Source: Camelus ferus (lineage: Eukaryota). From it: a stretch of DNA of 64,000 nucleotides. Positions 25,359-37,922 of this stretch are shown here, in pieces. The notes beneath the pieces are model-generated. The model had not been told where the DNA came from, ran no database searches, and worked only from the letters and a program-made list of their open reading frames with translations. Location: contig NC_045697.1 in NCBI RefSeq assembly GCF_009834535.1, positions 28,584,001 through 28,648,000 on the forward strand, in the 5' to 3' direction. The translations under genes and the position numbers were made by a program. Position 1 is the stretch's first letter. Each line of letters begins with the position of its first letter.

Positions 25359-26169
25359 GCAAGTACTTTTTTCTGTATCAAAATATTGTGTGTATTAGAA
25401 CTTGTCTGAAACATTAAATCAGAATAATCTTAACCATCTATAAACTATATGGAAGGTAATTTTATTTGGCTTAAAGATACATATAACAATTTTTAAATAA
25501 ATTTAAATGCTTATGTATACTGATTTTTCTTACTGAATTTTAGCTAATTTTTTCCCCTAAACAGATTGAGTAGAGCCAGTTTCCAGGTTATATTAAGTTA
25601 GAATTTAACAGTGCAAAACGTCTAGGATGTTAAGCCTTTAGCTTATATGGACTACAGACTCTCAGTTACCCTTCATATGGTATCTATAACAAACCTTGCC
25701 TTAAATTTCTGAGTGATGACATGTTTATTTATTTGTTTTCTCTATAAATGTATTTATTCTGGATATTTCACATGAAGAAAATTTTATTTTTTTAAAAAAA
25801 CTTCTCTCCCCTGTTTGTCATTTAGCATTTCATTTCACTCATGTCTTCATACAGTCTGTATTCCAAATACTTAATTTTCTTTATTTGGGAAAGCTTTGAT
25901 TATTTCAAGACCTATAGAAAAGGGGACTACTTTGCTGAACTTTATGTTCACAAACTTAAGTCTATAGCTACTTTAGTCTATGTAATTGGGTGGTAAGATA
26001 CAGAAAGAAGCTTTATAGCTTGTTATTCCCTGTATTAGGCAAATCTTCAGTAATGATTATTGTAAATATGGGTTATATAACGTAGCCAAAGTAGCTTGTA
26101 TATAATAGGCATTCCAGTATTTGTGTAAGAGAAATCATATAATCTGTGGTAGTAGCACTTATTTTTACT

Positions 26170-26355
26170 TACTAGAGCTTCACATGTTTTCTCATTTAAT
26201 CCTTATAACAAATTTTATGGGGTAAGTATAGTTATCACTGGTTCATAGATGAAGAAACTAAACTCAGGGAAGTTAAGTAACTTGTCAAAGTCAGACATCT
26301 AAGTGGCACAGCTGGGAAATGGCCTTTGGCTCAAAAGCTTATGTTTCTTACCACT
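26170..26355 (-). mobile_element. MIR SINE
   Basis: ctcatttaatcct...agatgaagaaact...aagttaagtaacttg, the reverse complement of the MIR core. Confidence 0.7.
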
Positions 26356-29300
26356 TTCTGTTTTTGAATAAATCAGGATTGACCAAATATTGAAAGTGGT
26401 GGTTATGTCTACTTTGAATGTCGTGGTTCTATAATTCTGTAATGATCAGTTACCCAAAATTTTTCAGAAAAAGTCGACATTCTAGACTATTTCTCTATTT
26501 TCATTCAAATTTTTAAAGACCCTAAAATGTCTTCAGCATATCCTTTAAAATCTTAAATGACTAAATTTTATTTTGTTTTATAGTTCATATGAGTCATTTC
26601 TAGACTTACTTAATTTTTTATATTGTTTTGTAAGTGCCTCCTGTGTGCCAGGCCTTGTCTGGATGCTTTCATGGATGCTATTCATTTAGTTCTTTTTGAC
26701 AGTCATTGGAGGGAGAAGAGATCTTTAGTTACCTTATAAAAATCAAGTTTGTCCTTAATAGCTGATGTTGTGTGTAATGATATAGTAGCTTCTTCTTGAA
26801 AGCAGTCATTATAAGTATTCTTGGATTACTTTTTTAGGTTATCTAATGTATTTTTCAAAGATAGTAGGGCAGTAGCATTATCATTCTGGAGCTCTTCCAG
26901 CAAATTGGTATTTCAAACAAGAGACCTCCTGAACTAAATTAGATAGGCAGAGTAAGCAACCCTTAATAAAGAAAGGTACATGAATTAAAAAAAAAAAAAG
27001 GACAATAAACACTTATTTGTAGGATGATGAAATTACAGCTGTACCATATTCTTCATTACTCAGAAACAAGTTTGGTCATTTTTAAGTGCTTATTTCTGCT
27101 GCTGCCACTAAATGAGACATTAATGTTTGATAAGATTAGTTTTAATATGTTTCTTGGGTATCTATTTGAAATAGATTAAATTGTATTCTTTTCATAAAAC
27201 TATTGAAGAGAAGTTCATTTTGTTTAGGAAAAAACACCATTCAGGGGCATAAATTTATATACTTCTTTGAAATATGAATGGAATAAAATATATTTATTGC
27301 AGGACTCTTGCTAAATTTTGAGGGTTGGTTTGTTTGAATCTCAATTTAATAGCCAAGGCATAAGTTCATTGTGGAATGTTAAATTGTTTATAACCATCAT
27401 TCAGAAATCAGATAGCTATTTTAGGTAGTGTTAAAAGTAGTCACATTGAGTAGTAGAATACCCCAAATTACCATACATGTTACCTCAGTTTTCTTCTTTT
27501 TCCTTAGTGGCTCAGTGGCACAGGAACAATTAAATTCTTAAGCCTTTCTTCCTAAGAGTTGTTTTAAATTTATGGAATCATTGTTGATATTTTTAAAAAA
27601 TCTCATTCCTTTCCCATCTTCTCTTTGGATTAAGTTAAAGATTATAAATGCTTAATATTAAAAGCTGTTCAAGAAGTAAATATTTTATAGTGAAGCTGTT
27701 ATGATAATGTAGTTATCATAAAGCTCCCTTAGTTGTGTTGTTCTGATATGTATCAAATAATGCTATGGTTAATGCTACAGTGATTATAGTAGAAAGTTGT
27801 CAGATAATGCAAGACAGAGCATATTGATAGTATATGGAGTAGAAATAGGATCTATGGGACTCTAGGGCCCAACATTATTTATGTAATATTTCTAGGCCCT
27901 CACACTGCTCCTAAGAGATTGTTTTGGACATTCAAGAAGGAACAGATGGTTATAGAGAAGGAATAGAAAGTTACAGAGATAGTAATCTGGAATTTAATCC
28001 AAAAAGTAAGATTCATAGGAAGGAAAAAGAAGAATCTACATATTACTCAGGCCAAATTTATCATACCTGTATTTGAAGCTAGCATTTATAACTGAACATA
28101 AAACAGCTATCTCTTTATACGTAAAAATTTCCTCAGATACTCTTATCTGTCTTTTTTTGTTTGTTTCTTTTGTTTTGACTACTTTCCTTTATGTTTCACT
28201 ATTGCCAAATGCTCTGTTATTTAAGCATCTAGTTTAACTTGTACATCAGTCAGTATGGGATTCTATTAAAGATAATAAGCAAGAAAAGAACAATTGGAAC
28301 CAGAACAGGCTTGAATAAAGTGGTACCAAGTGAATTGCTCTTTTGTTTTCTCCCAGATCTACATTCATCTGTTCCTAACAATCGAGGAAGTAACAGAATA
28401 TACTGAAAGTTGAGTGTGTGGAATTTTGAAATTAATAGTGCTCCTAGTACACAGTTACGAGTTTTGTTTTGTTTTTTACTTTTTATTATAGAAAATTTCA
28501 GATACATACAGAAGTCAAATAGTAAAATGAAATCTCTATGCACTCATCAGCCAGCTTTAATAACTATCAATTGATGGCCAGTTTTTGACCTAATTCATCT
28601 GTTGATTATTTTGAAGGAAATTGCAGGCATAGTTTCATATGTAAATATTTTACTAGCACAGTTTTATTTGCTGTATTTTGGAATAGTGAGTATTGTGTGT
28701 TAGTGGGTCATAAAATCTTAGAATTGGAAGGTTCATTAGAATTAGGATTCAAATCCAGTCTGGCATCCAGTGCAGGACTCCCCCCTTCAGAGTTCCTGAG
28801 AGGCATTTATCCTTCCCCTTGAAGTACCCCAGTTATGGGAAGCTAGGTAAACTTTTTAAAAATACTTATTTAGCAGCTAGTTGCTCAAATAACTTCAAAC
28901 CAAACCAGAATGTTGCCTTCTGTTTATATATTACTGGTTAGAACAGTCTCTTTGTAAAGTTTTGCATTTTGTGTACCTATTTAGAAGAAAATAATAGGTT
29001 TTTGTCTTTATGCTAAACTACCTCTTATTGTCAAATTTTATTTTTTAGATTTTAACAATAAGTGTTGACATTTAATTTGGAGCACAAATTACAAGTTTGG
29101 ATTTTTGCATTTGAGAGAACCAGCTAGAAGTAGATTTTTTTCAGTTTATGACATAATCTATGTATCCCTTTTCTCTGTACCATCTATGCCTTTACACCTC
29201 TCTGCCTTCTTTTTTTCTTTTTTGTCATTTAGCAACTCTTTATGGACTGAAGGAAACAAAAGGAGATGAAACCTGTGCTACTTAATTGTCTCAGTGAAGT

Positions 29301-29590
29301 CTTTGGCATTGGATTGTCTATGGATTTAATATATTTATCCATCTCTAGCCCAGTTATTCACTGATGAACCAGTATCAGTTATATAAAATGGGTATTCTGT
29401 ATGGTTTAAATGACCCTTAAATCAAAAACTAGAACTTGTGTTTATTTCCATTTGGGATTTCAATTTTAAAATGAATCTGTTGTAATTGAATATAAAATAG
29501 TACATGTTTGGAAAGTTCTGTCACTATATTTGACTTCACATATTTGAGGTGAGCAACATTCTTAACTTTCTGTTTTCCATATTTTTCTAG

Positions 29591-29649
29591 GAGGAAGATA
29601 TCAACTAGAGATTAAAATACCAGAAACATACCCATTTAATCCTCCTAAG
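29591..29649 (+). CDS. UBE2K: UBE2K coding exon 3 (GRYQLEIKIPETYPFNPPK)
   Basis: ttttctag|GA...AAG|gtattg; 59 nt. Phase is consistent with exon 2, and the E2 YPFxPP motif is present. Confidence 0.97.
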
Positions 29650-31029
29650 GTATTGTAAGCCTACTTTTGTGCATGAACTTCTAAAATATATTTCTTGACT
29701 CATTTAATTAATATGTCTTTTAATGCTGATTAAAATTACAGATTTTTGAGTTGTTTATTGTGTGAATTTAGTGTGGACAAGATTTCAGGCAATGGCGGAT
29801 GGTTTGCTTTTGGAATTAGAATGAAAAGCAGATTTACTCAGAGGCAGCCAGTAATGGCTGTAGACTGGAATAGGATATTTTCTGACAGTGGCTTAAATTC
29901 TAGGTCTAGAAAATTAAGCACTGTTCCCAAATTTAGAGAATCCTTTTACAAGTTCTTATGTGTCTCAAAGAAGTGTATTTTCTAGGGAGGAGTATATTCT
30001 GAATTCATTCAACAATTACGTGAATACTTTGTGCCAATATAACACTAAATAAGACTTCACATTTTCCTTGTTTTCATAGGGTTCATGTTCTAGCAGGGAA
30101 AAAAATAATGAACAAATAATTGCAGCTATGATGTATGTTGAAAGAGGAAACAGAATAACCTAGGATTGTGTATAACAAGGAAAACTAACCTAAACTTACT
30201 TTTTGACTGAACAGCTTCCTTAATGTCTTTACTTTTGCTGTCATCACCACTTTAGGTTTGGCATTCAACTTTATTACTTGCCCTTTTTTGCCTATAATTT
30301 ACTCAGCCTTTCATCTTTACCACTGCTGTTCATTCTTTGCATTGCTGTTCTATAAATCTTTCTAAAGTGCAGTTTTGATCATGTTTCTTTTCTTTCCTTG
30401 TTAATAGTCTAAACTCCTTAGCTGGGTATTTAAAAGCTCCTATAACTTAACCTTAGTCATCTTTTCCATCATAATCTTCTGCCACCCACAACATGGGTCT
30501 CATTTTCCAGCCTAGATTATTTGGTATTTTTAGGTAATGTTTATTCTTTCACACTTTTCCTGTCATTTTCGCTTGAATCATTGTCTGTATCATTTAAAAT
30601 TCTAGTTTTCTTTTGAGGTCCAGGTAAAGTATTACTTTCTCCATTAGGCTGTGCCTGTCAAATTGTTTCTCCCTCTACTCTCTCAGTACCATTTTAAATA
30701 ATTTATGTAGTACCAACACAATTACAGTACCAATTAATGTACTGTATTATTGGGGGTTATGTATCTCTCACTAGTTTTTATACTGCTGAGGTCAAAGACC
30801 ATGTCTTACACACTTTTGTGGCTGCTCAAAGGATACTATACTTTTGGAAGCTACTATCACTCAGAAAATGTTCTAGATTTCATTCATTCAGCCTATTGAT
30901 TGTTCCTATTTAGGAATAGACATAGTAATGGAAATTCCAGGTTGAAGTTGAGTCACTTACCAGTTTGAGGTGCATCTAAATCTGTTGTTTTTATATATAT
31001 AATATATGTTTTCTCATAAACCTGGTTGA

Positions 31030-31480
31030 TTTTTTAAATTATGGTAAAATATACGCAACATAAAATTTACTGTTTTAACCGTTTTTAAGTGTGCAGTTCA
31101 GTGGCATTAAGCACACTGACATTGTTACGTAGCTATCTCCACCATCTGTTTCCATCTATCTCCACTATCTGTCTTTACTTTTTCATCTTCCCTGCTGAAC
31201 AGTAACTCCCTGTTGCCCCATGCTGGTAACTACTGTTACACTTTCTCTCTATGAATTTGACTACTCTAGGTACTTTACTTATGTGGAATCATGCAATATT
31301 TGTCCTTTTGTATGTGGCTTATTTCACTTAGCATAATGTCTTTAAGGTTTGTCCGTATTATAGCATGTGTCAGAATTTCATTCCTTTTTAAGACTTAATG
31401 GTATTCTACTGTACATACATGCTACATCTTGGTTATCCCTTTAACTGTTGATGTATGTTTTGGTTGTTTCTACCTTTTGA
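31030..31480 (-). mobile_element. L1MB-like 3' fragment
   Basis: Typical L1 3' end (ggcttatttcacttagcataatgtc); flanked by cctggtt(g/a)at direct repeats. Confidence 0.75.
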
Positions 31481-32251
31481 GCCTGGTTAATCCCCTCCCC
31501 CCATTCTAAAAATAGTTTGTGTTTGTTGTAGAAATCTGAACAGTAAAGTGTAGAAAAAACATTTTTTCAATATAACCACTTAGAGGTGACCATTATTAAG
31601 CTCTCATTTTAAACCTGTGATTTAATTTTCATCCTTATCTTGGTTACCCTCCACTGGGTAATCTAGGTTGTCAGTATTATCATTAGAATGAGTGGTAGTC
31701 ACTTGAAGTTACTTTAGTTGTAGAATACTATGAATTTAAGAAAAGAAGACTGTAAAATATTTCAAGATAAGGATGTCCTCAAAGTCTAAAAAAATTTCTT
31801 TTAATGGAAATGAGGAGGAAGAAAGAAAAGACCCCAAGAGAGACTGCTTTCAACCATTGTATTTTTACTATTAAATAATGAAAACAGCTGCTGTCATTTG
31901 CTTTGTGCTAAGAATTTTATATGCCTTTTCTCAAACCGTCTGTAAAACAGTCTTAATAAATGAGAGTACTGAAGCTTAGAGGTTAAATAGAAACCAATTC
32001 CTATAGGATCCATTGTCCTCTGCTTCCTTGATCCTGATGAGGAAAGAGTACGGGCAGGATCTCTGAAACAGTGAATATGATTCTGTCAAGAACAAGAGCA
32101 ATCAACCACAGTTCAAATTTGACTTGACTTCTGGCATTTAACTGGCTTTTTGATTTTAGACAAGCTATGTAACTGCTTTGTGCTGCAGTTTCGTCGTTTG
32201 TAAAATCCTCTCAAAAGATTATCAAGATTAAAGGAGTTAGTCCTTGTAAAA

Positions 32252-32423
32252 CAATATTTCAATAATTCTAAGAAACATTTTTTCACATATTTAACATCTC
32301 TGAAATCAGGATACATCTTTCGGTGGATGGCATGTCATAATTGGCAGAATTTTTTTCTTTCTCAAGGTACATAAAATAAAGGTGTGTTGAATAATTGATG
32401 GTACTTGAGATTTAATGAAAACA
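32252..32423. mobile_element. MER104-like TcMar MITE
   Basis: tatttca...ttctaag...ttttttcaca...aacatctctgaaatcagga...gatttaatgaaa matches the MER104 consensus as recalled. Confidence 0.75.
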
Positions 32424-32604
32424 GTACTTAGAACACTGCCTGCATAGACTAAGCATTCTGTAAATACTAGCTAGCATTAACCAGGTACTACCAAAAAGAG
32501 GCCCTTCTTGAAGTGGTCAGTTGGCTTCCCTCTGCAACATCATCGTAAAATACAATAATAGCCTTGATGCTTAAATTTCCTCTATAAATTGAAATTCTCA
32601 TAGG

Positions 32605-33205
32605 TCGCTTGTGGGAATGTAGTGTTGGAGCTACTTTGGAAAATAGTTTGGTCAAAATGGTAAAACATAGAGTTACCTTATGACCGAGATCTACTTCTAG
32701 TTATCTACCCAGTAGAAATGAAAGCATGTCCATACACCAATTTATACATAAATGTTCATACCAGCACTATTTTTAATCACCAGAAAGTGCTCTAAATGTT
32801 GATCAACTGAATGGATAAATAAAACACGGTATATCTGTACCATGGATTTGATTTTAAAAGTGAATGAAAGTAGTGATATGTTCTATAGGGTAGGTGAACT
32901 TTCAAAACATTGTGCTAAATGAAAAGCCCAGGTGCAAAAGGCCACATATTATATGATTTCATGTATACGACCATTAGAAAAGGCAAATCATAGAGACAAA
33001 AAGTAGATTGGTGGTTGCTTAGGGCTGGGGGAGTGTGTAGGAATGGGGAGTGACTGCTGAAGGTTACATAGTTTCTTTCTTTTTGAGGTGTTGAAATGGT
33101 CAAAAATTAGATTTCGATGATGGTTGTGCAATTCTGTGAATATACAAAACGCCATGAAGTTGTGCACTTTAAATAGGGATGAATTATGGCCTCAATAAAA
33201 GTGTT
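32605..33205 (+). mobile_element. L1MB/ME-like 3' fragment (sense)
   Basis: L1 3' motifs (ctactttggaaaatagtttgg, gtggttgcttagggctgggg) ending ctcaataaa. Confidence 0.75.
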
Positions 33206-33295
33206 TATTTCCCTATGTAGTCTATAAGTAATCTCCAAAGTGATTGCATAGTCCTGGCTCTGTTTTAGGTGCTTGATACATTATTTCATTTAATC

Positions 33296-33437
33296 TTTTT
33301 TTTATATTTAAAATTTTTTTCGGGGTGGGGAGATAATTATGTTTATTTATTTGTTTAATTGGAGGTACTGGGAATTGAACCTAGGACCTAGTGCGTGCTG
33401 AGCACACAGTCTACCACTGAGCTATACCCTTCCCCCC
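33296..33437 (-). mobile_element. tRNA-Ala-derived SINE (vic-1-like)
   Basis: ggaggtactgggaattgaacctaggacc...ctaccactgagctataccc; imperfect TSD ttcattt...aatc. Confidence 0.88.
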
Positions 33438-34390
33438 TTCATTTGAAATCACCATTTTATTAACCTTTCCTCCTCCTCCGTTTCTTAGAAACATGGGAAA
33501 AATAAATTCAAAACATAAGAACTGAGGTCTGTCTGATGTTTTTGCTACTAGCTCTTGTTGCTCTTCAGGCCACTGCTGTCTTAATTTCAGCCATTCCATG
33601 CTAAGGTAGCTTCAACATTTAGAAAGATCTTCCTTCAGTTAACCCAAATTTGTTTCCCTCTGGCTTCCTCCAGAGTTAGTTGTAGTTAGAATTTAGTGTT
33701 CTTTTAAATATGGTACTCATCCCATTTGTGACATTAAGCTTTTGCAGTAAATGTTAATTAATGTGTGCTAAATGTGTTCTAGATATGTACTGTATTGATC
33801 TGAATTTTTATTGGTTGGTAAATATAATGGAAAGAATGGGGAATATTTGTATAAATTAATCACAGAACTGTGTTTACATATGTTTACTATGTAAGTTCGG
33901 GTTTAATTTTAAGCTTTGTGAGGTAAAAGTATTGAAGTTAACAGTTATATTCCCACTATTATGGCGCTGAAATCGCACAAGATTGAAAACTTACATTGAT
34001 TTATCTTAACATGGTCATAGAGTATTTTCTGTGTATTATTCTGCAATAAACTGTTGACCTGAAGAGCAGAAGATTTACTTCTAGATAGAAGATATATCTT
34101 TGAATCAGTTGAATATAAAGTAGAAGGAGTTGGATTCAAAGCATGCAACCAAGGTTATTTTTAAAGTAAATTGTAATATATATTGTATATATATTAGTGA
34201 AAAACCGATTAAATTAGGAAAACTCTAACGCAGTGATTTGCCCAACTAATGTACTGGAGATAGGTTGGAAATTTTCCTCTTTTTTCTTGATGTTATAAAC
34301 ATACTTTTTTATGTGAAATTGAGTATAAATGTCGATGCTAATAAACTTTAATGACTCTGTCCATCTGCACATGCATTTTTAAAATAAAAT

Positions 34391-34536
34391 GGGGTATGGC
34401 TCAGGGGTAGAGTGCATGCTTAGCATGTAGGAGGTCCTGGGTTCAATCCCCAGTGCCTCCATTTAAATAGACAGACAGACAGACAGACCGACCTAGTTAC
34501 CTCCCCGACAAAAATTTTTTTCTTACATAAAAAAAA
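34391..34536 (+). mobile_element. tRNA-Ala-derived SINE (vic-1-like) with (GACA)n in the tail
   Basis: tRNA-Ala(AGC)-like head followed by the family tail acctagttacctcccc. Confidence 0.88.
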
Positions 34537-35603
34537 TAGCATTTCCTTTTGTACAGTAAGTTAGTCAAAGCTTATTTAATATTGTAACTTCCTTTAGTTC
34601 GAAGCTGGAAATACCTGATGAAAATATGAGCTCACATCTACCATGAAATAGGAGCTGAAATGTTTGTTGAACTAAAGAGCGAATTAATATAAGATACATC
34701 CTGTAGGAGGAGATAAGAGTACTGATGATGGTGTGCCAACATAGATAACTAAGAATAGTCCCCTTCATTCAGTTTGGTCTGGTAACACTGTGTAGTGTTG
34801 AGATTTTTGTTTCTAAATTATTTGAGTGCTCCTCAGAGCTAATGAGTGTTTTCAAGTTACCCACATGGTACTAGTGTTAGCACCATTTGTGTAAATAAGG
34901 AAACTTGAATTGTTATTTGTATAAGTATTTTAGTATTGTAAACCATCCCATATCTGTTTTGTAATCAGAGTCAAATATGACTCAGGTATGTCATAGTAAA
35001 TGTCATTGTATTGTTTCTTACTTGTGTACTTTATGCTTTCTAAGTTATTTTGATTATACATTTTTGTTGTTATAGGACAGAGATGGGAGCATAATGAGAA
35101 AATGTGACAAATACATTGGATATGAATTGGGTATAGAATAATGGGATACATGGGGTACCATTGGTAATATTGAGGGCTGAGAAAGAAGTGAAAAATCCAA
35201 GAAAGGAGATAGTTGATGATCAAGAATAACAAAGGGAGGAATAGGAGATAAAGACTGGAAGACCACATAAAGAAGTATGTATAAGACAGTTACTTACATC
35301 TGTACTGGTAGCTAATGGAGTATCCTCTTGATAATTTCTTTATTGGATCATCTGCAAATTCAGAGTTATTTATTCCTAACTGTAGACTGTAGTACAAAGT
35401 AAGAAATAGTTTAATAATTTCCTTAGTTTTGTGTATATACACATTTGTTTTTATGTAGAGTCTACAGAGAATCATGTATTGAAGATTCTTTAAAAAGTAA
35501 GATACAGTTCACCTTAGATTGTCTGCCTAAACTATAAACCTTCTGACATGTTCAGTAGTAATTTAAAATTCTACTAAATTAAAATTCCAGTCTTGTTCAA
35601 AAT

Positions 35604-35909
35604 TTTTTTAACATTTCTATTGATTTATAATCATTTTACAATGTTGTGACAAATTCCAGTGTAGAGCACAATTTTTCAGTTATACATGAACATATATATA
35701 TTCATTGTCACATTTTTTTCTCTGTGAGCTACCATAAGATCTTGTGTATATTTCCCTGTGCTTTACAGTATAATCTTGTTTATCTGTTCTACAATTTTGA
35801 AATCCCATCTATCCCTTCCCACCCTCCGTCCCCTTGGCAACCACAAGTTTGTATTCTGTGTCTATGAGTCTATTTCTGTTTTTTAGTTATGCTTTTTTTT
35901 TTGTTGTTT
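35604..35909 (-). mobile_element. Young 5'-truncated L1 3' UTR fragment
   Basis: Same family as the 10015 copy; 11-bp TSD ttgttcaaaat (35593-35603, 35910-35920). Confidence 0.88.
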
Positions 35910-36184
35910 TTGTTCAAAATAATTGAACCAACTTTTGTTTTAAAGTCACAAAATGCTGTAATGTCTTGAGTTACTGAAATTATGGCGTATGGTTATTTTG
36001 TATCTTTGAATTTGAAATTGATGAATGAAAAAAAGTAAGATGTGAATATTGTGGTTATATCTGTTATGAAGAAATGTTTGTTATACATAAGCCCTATATG
36101 CCTGTCTTATTTGATCTGCACTATATTTGAAAAGTATACTGTTTTAGGCCTATAACAACAGGTTTATCATAATGTTAATTGCAT

Positions 36185-36900
36185 ATTCATTCAGCGTGAG
36201 GCACTTTAGATGCTTGGAATGGTCTAGTAAGCAGGTTAGATAGACACCATGCCTTTTAGGGAAGACTGGGTAAGTAAGGAAGAGATTATAGAAGTGTGAC
36301 ATTGGAAAGTATACGGTGCTATGGGGACAGGTCAGGAAGAAGTGATTATGGAAGCTGAAACTTGAAGGATAAGTAGGAGTTAGCCAGGAGAAGAGGGTAT
36401 TGAGGTGTGCTATTGAGAGAAAAAAATGTATGAAGGCTCTGGGGCAAAAAAAAAATTTTTTTTTAAGTATGGCTTGTTGAGCGCTTGTACAGAATATGAG
36501 GTGGAAGTGAGATTTGAGAGGTAGGCTAGGGCGTTTAAAAGTGTGGGCTTACATAAAGGGAGTGAGAAGTCATTAAAGGGCATTAAGTACAGTACTGACA
36601 TGAATCAGATTTGTTTTAAAGGGCTATTTTCAATGTGAAGATTGGAGGGAGCAAAACTGAAGGCAGTGGACTGTTTAGTAACCTAGGTGAATAATCAGTC
36701 TTTAAGGAAATGGTGTTCTGTGGATGGGAAAAAGTAGATATTAAAATGAGTAAGGTTATTTTAAGAATTAAAAAAGGATCAAGGAGTGGAAAGTCTCCAT
36801 TAGTTTAGGTTTTTGAGATCATTGGTGACCTAAAGTGCTTTTTCAGATGGCTTGTAAGTTAATGAGTGGTTAGGTGAGAAATTAGAGACAGGTAGTATAG
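36185..36900 (-). mobile_element. L2 fragment
   Basis: ttcattca end plus gaaggataagtaggagttagccagg and other L2 motifs. Boundaries are approximate. Confidence 0.6.
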
Positions 36901-37839
36901 ACAAGTCACAAGAAGAGAAGTGGAAGTGTAAATCTTTTAGCTTCTTTCCATAAATAGCTTAGATTTGGAACATATATTGATGAATTGATTTTTGTAAGGT
37001 ATTTAGAACATAGCTTGGCTCATAGTAATTAATCTATTAAATGTTAAAGAATTTTGACTTCGATGACTATCATATATGTCAGATATAATCCTCCTCCGCC
37101 TCCTCCAGAAGCTCGTAAGAGCTGATGAGCTAGATTTCATTTCACAGTGATCTGATAGAGTTAGCATTTTCACTTTGTTGGTTTCTTATTCTTTCATGCT
37201 AAGACTGTGTGAGTTTGTATTTTGTTCCATTGCAAACTAGTTATTTGACGTTGGGTAAATTTCTTAAACTCTTAAGCCTCAGTGCCTGGCAAATAATAGT
37301 AAGCTTTTAAATATTTGTTGAATTATTTTTTTAAAAAGTATTTTAAAAAAAAAATGATACAGAAAACCAGGAGCAATCTTACAGTCACTACTTCTGTTTC
37401 TGTGTACTGATTTTGCTTACTTTTTCCTTCAAATTTATTTTATAACCTTCTTCACACACACAAAATTTGCCATTTACTATCTATCTTTTAACTTTATGTA
37501 TGACTTTATCTACCTAAATGGATTTTAGTCCGTGTTCAATTTCTTCCAGCATCTGACATTATGCTAGGTAAATTTTAAACACCTAGTAATTGTTGGGTTT
37601 CTTTAAAAACAACATTAGTTAAAAGGTTTATAAAGAATGTATGTCGTTGACAACATTCGACTTAGTGAACACTGTCTTCTACAATGCTCCTTTCACAGAC
37701 AGAACTAGGCAAAATGATGTAATGTAAGTATGGATATATATTTTTTTTAACCCAAGGATTTAATTTTTTTGTAGTTTTACTAAAACTATATGTGTTTTGT
37801 TTCTGTTACTTGAAAATTCAAGTGTGCTTTATATTCTAG

Positions 37840-37922
37840 GTCCGGTTTATCACTAAAATATGGCATCCTAATATTAGTTCCGTCACAGGGGCTATTTGTT
37901 TGGATATCCTGAAAGATCAATG
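37840..37922 (+). CDS. UBE2K: UBE2K coding exon 4 ([28 protein letters not shown]), with the HPN motif and catalytic Cys92 (TGT 37897-37899)
   Basis: ttctag|GTC...TG|gtaaga; 83 nt. Canonical E2 active-site motif HPN...CLDIL. Confidence 0.98.

Noticed and set aside
27518..27536. 18/19-nt inverted match to 62586-62604 (gcacaggaacaa(t/c)taaatt)
   Set aside because: The match does not extend, and matches of this size can arise by chance in 64 kb of AT-rich DNA.
34391..34461. Apparent tRNA-Ala(AGC) gene
   Set aside because: It is followed by the SINE tail shared with other copies and has stem and D-loop changes; it is a SINE head, not a tRNA gene.
37108..37170. CUGAUGA hammerhead core after a small hairpin
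   Set aside because: There is no GAAA after the putative stem II and no NUH cleavage triplet.
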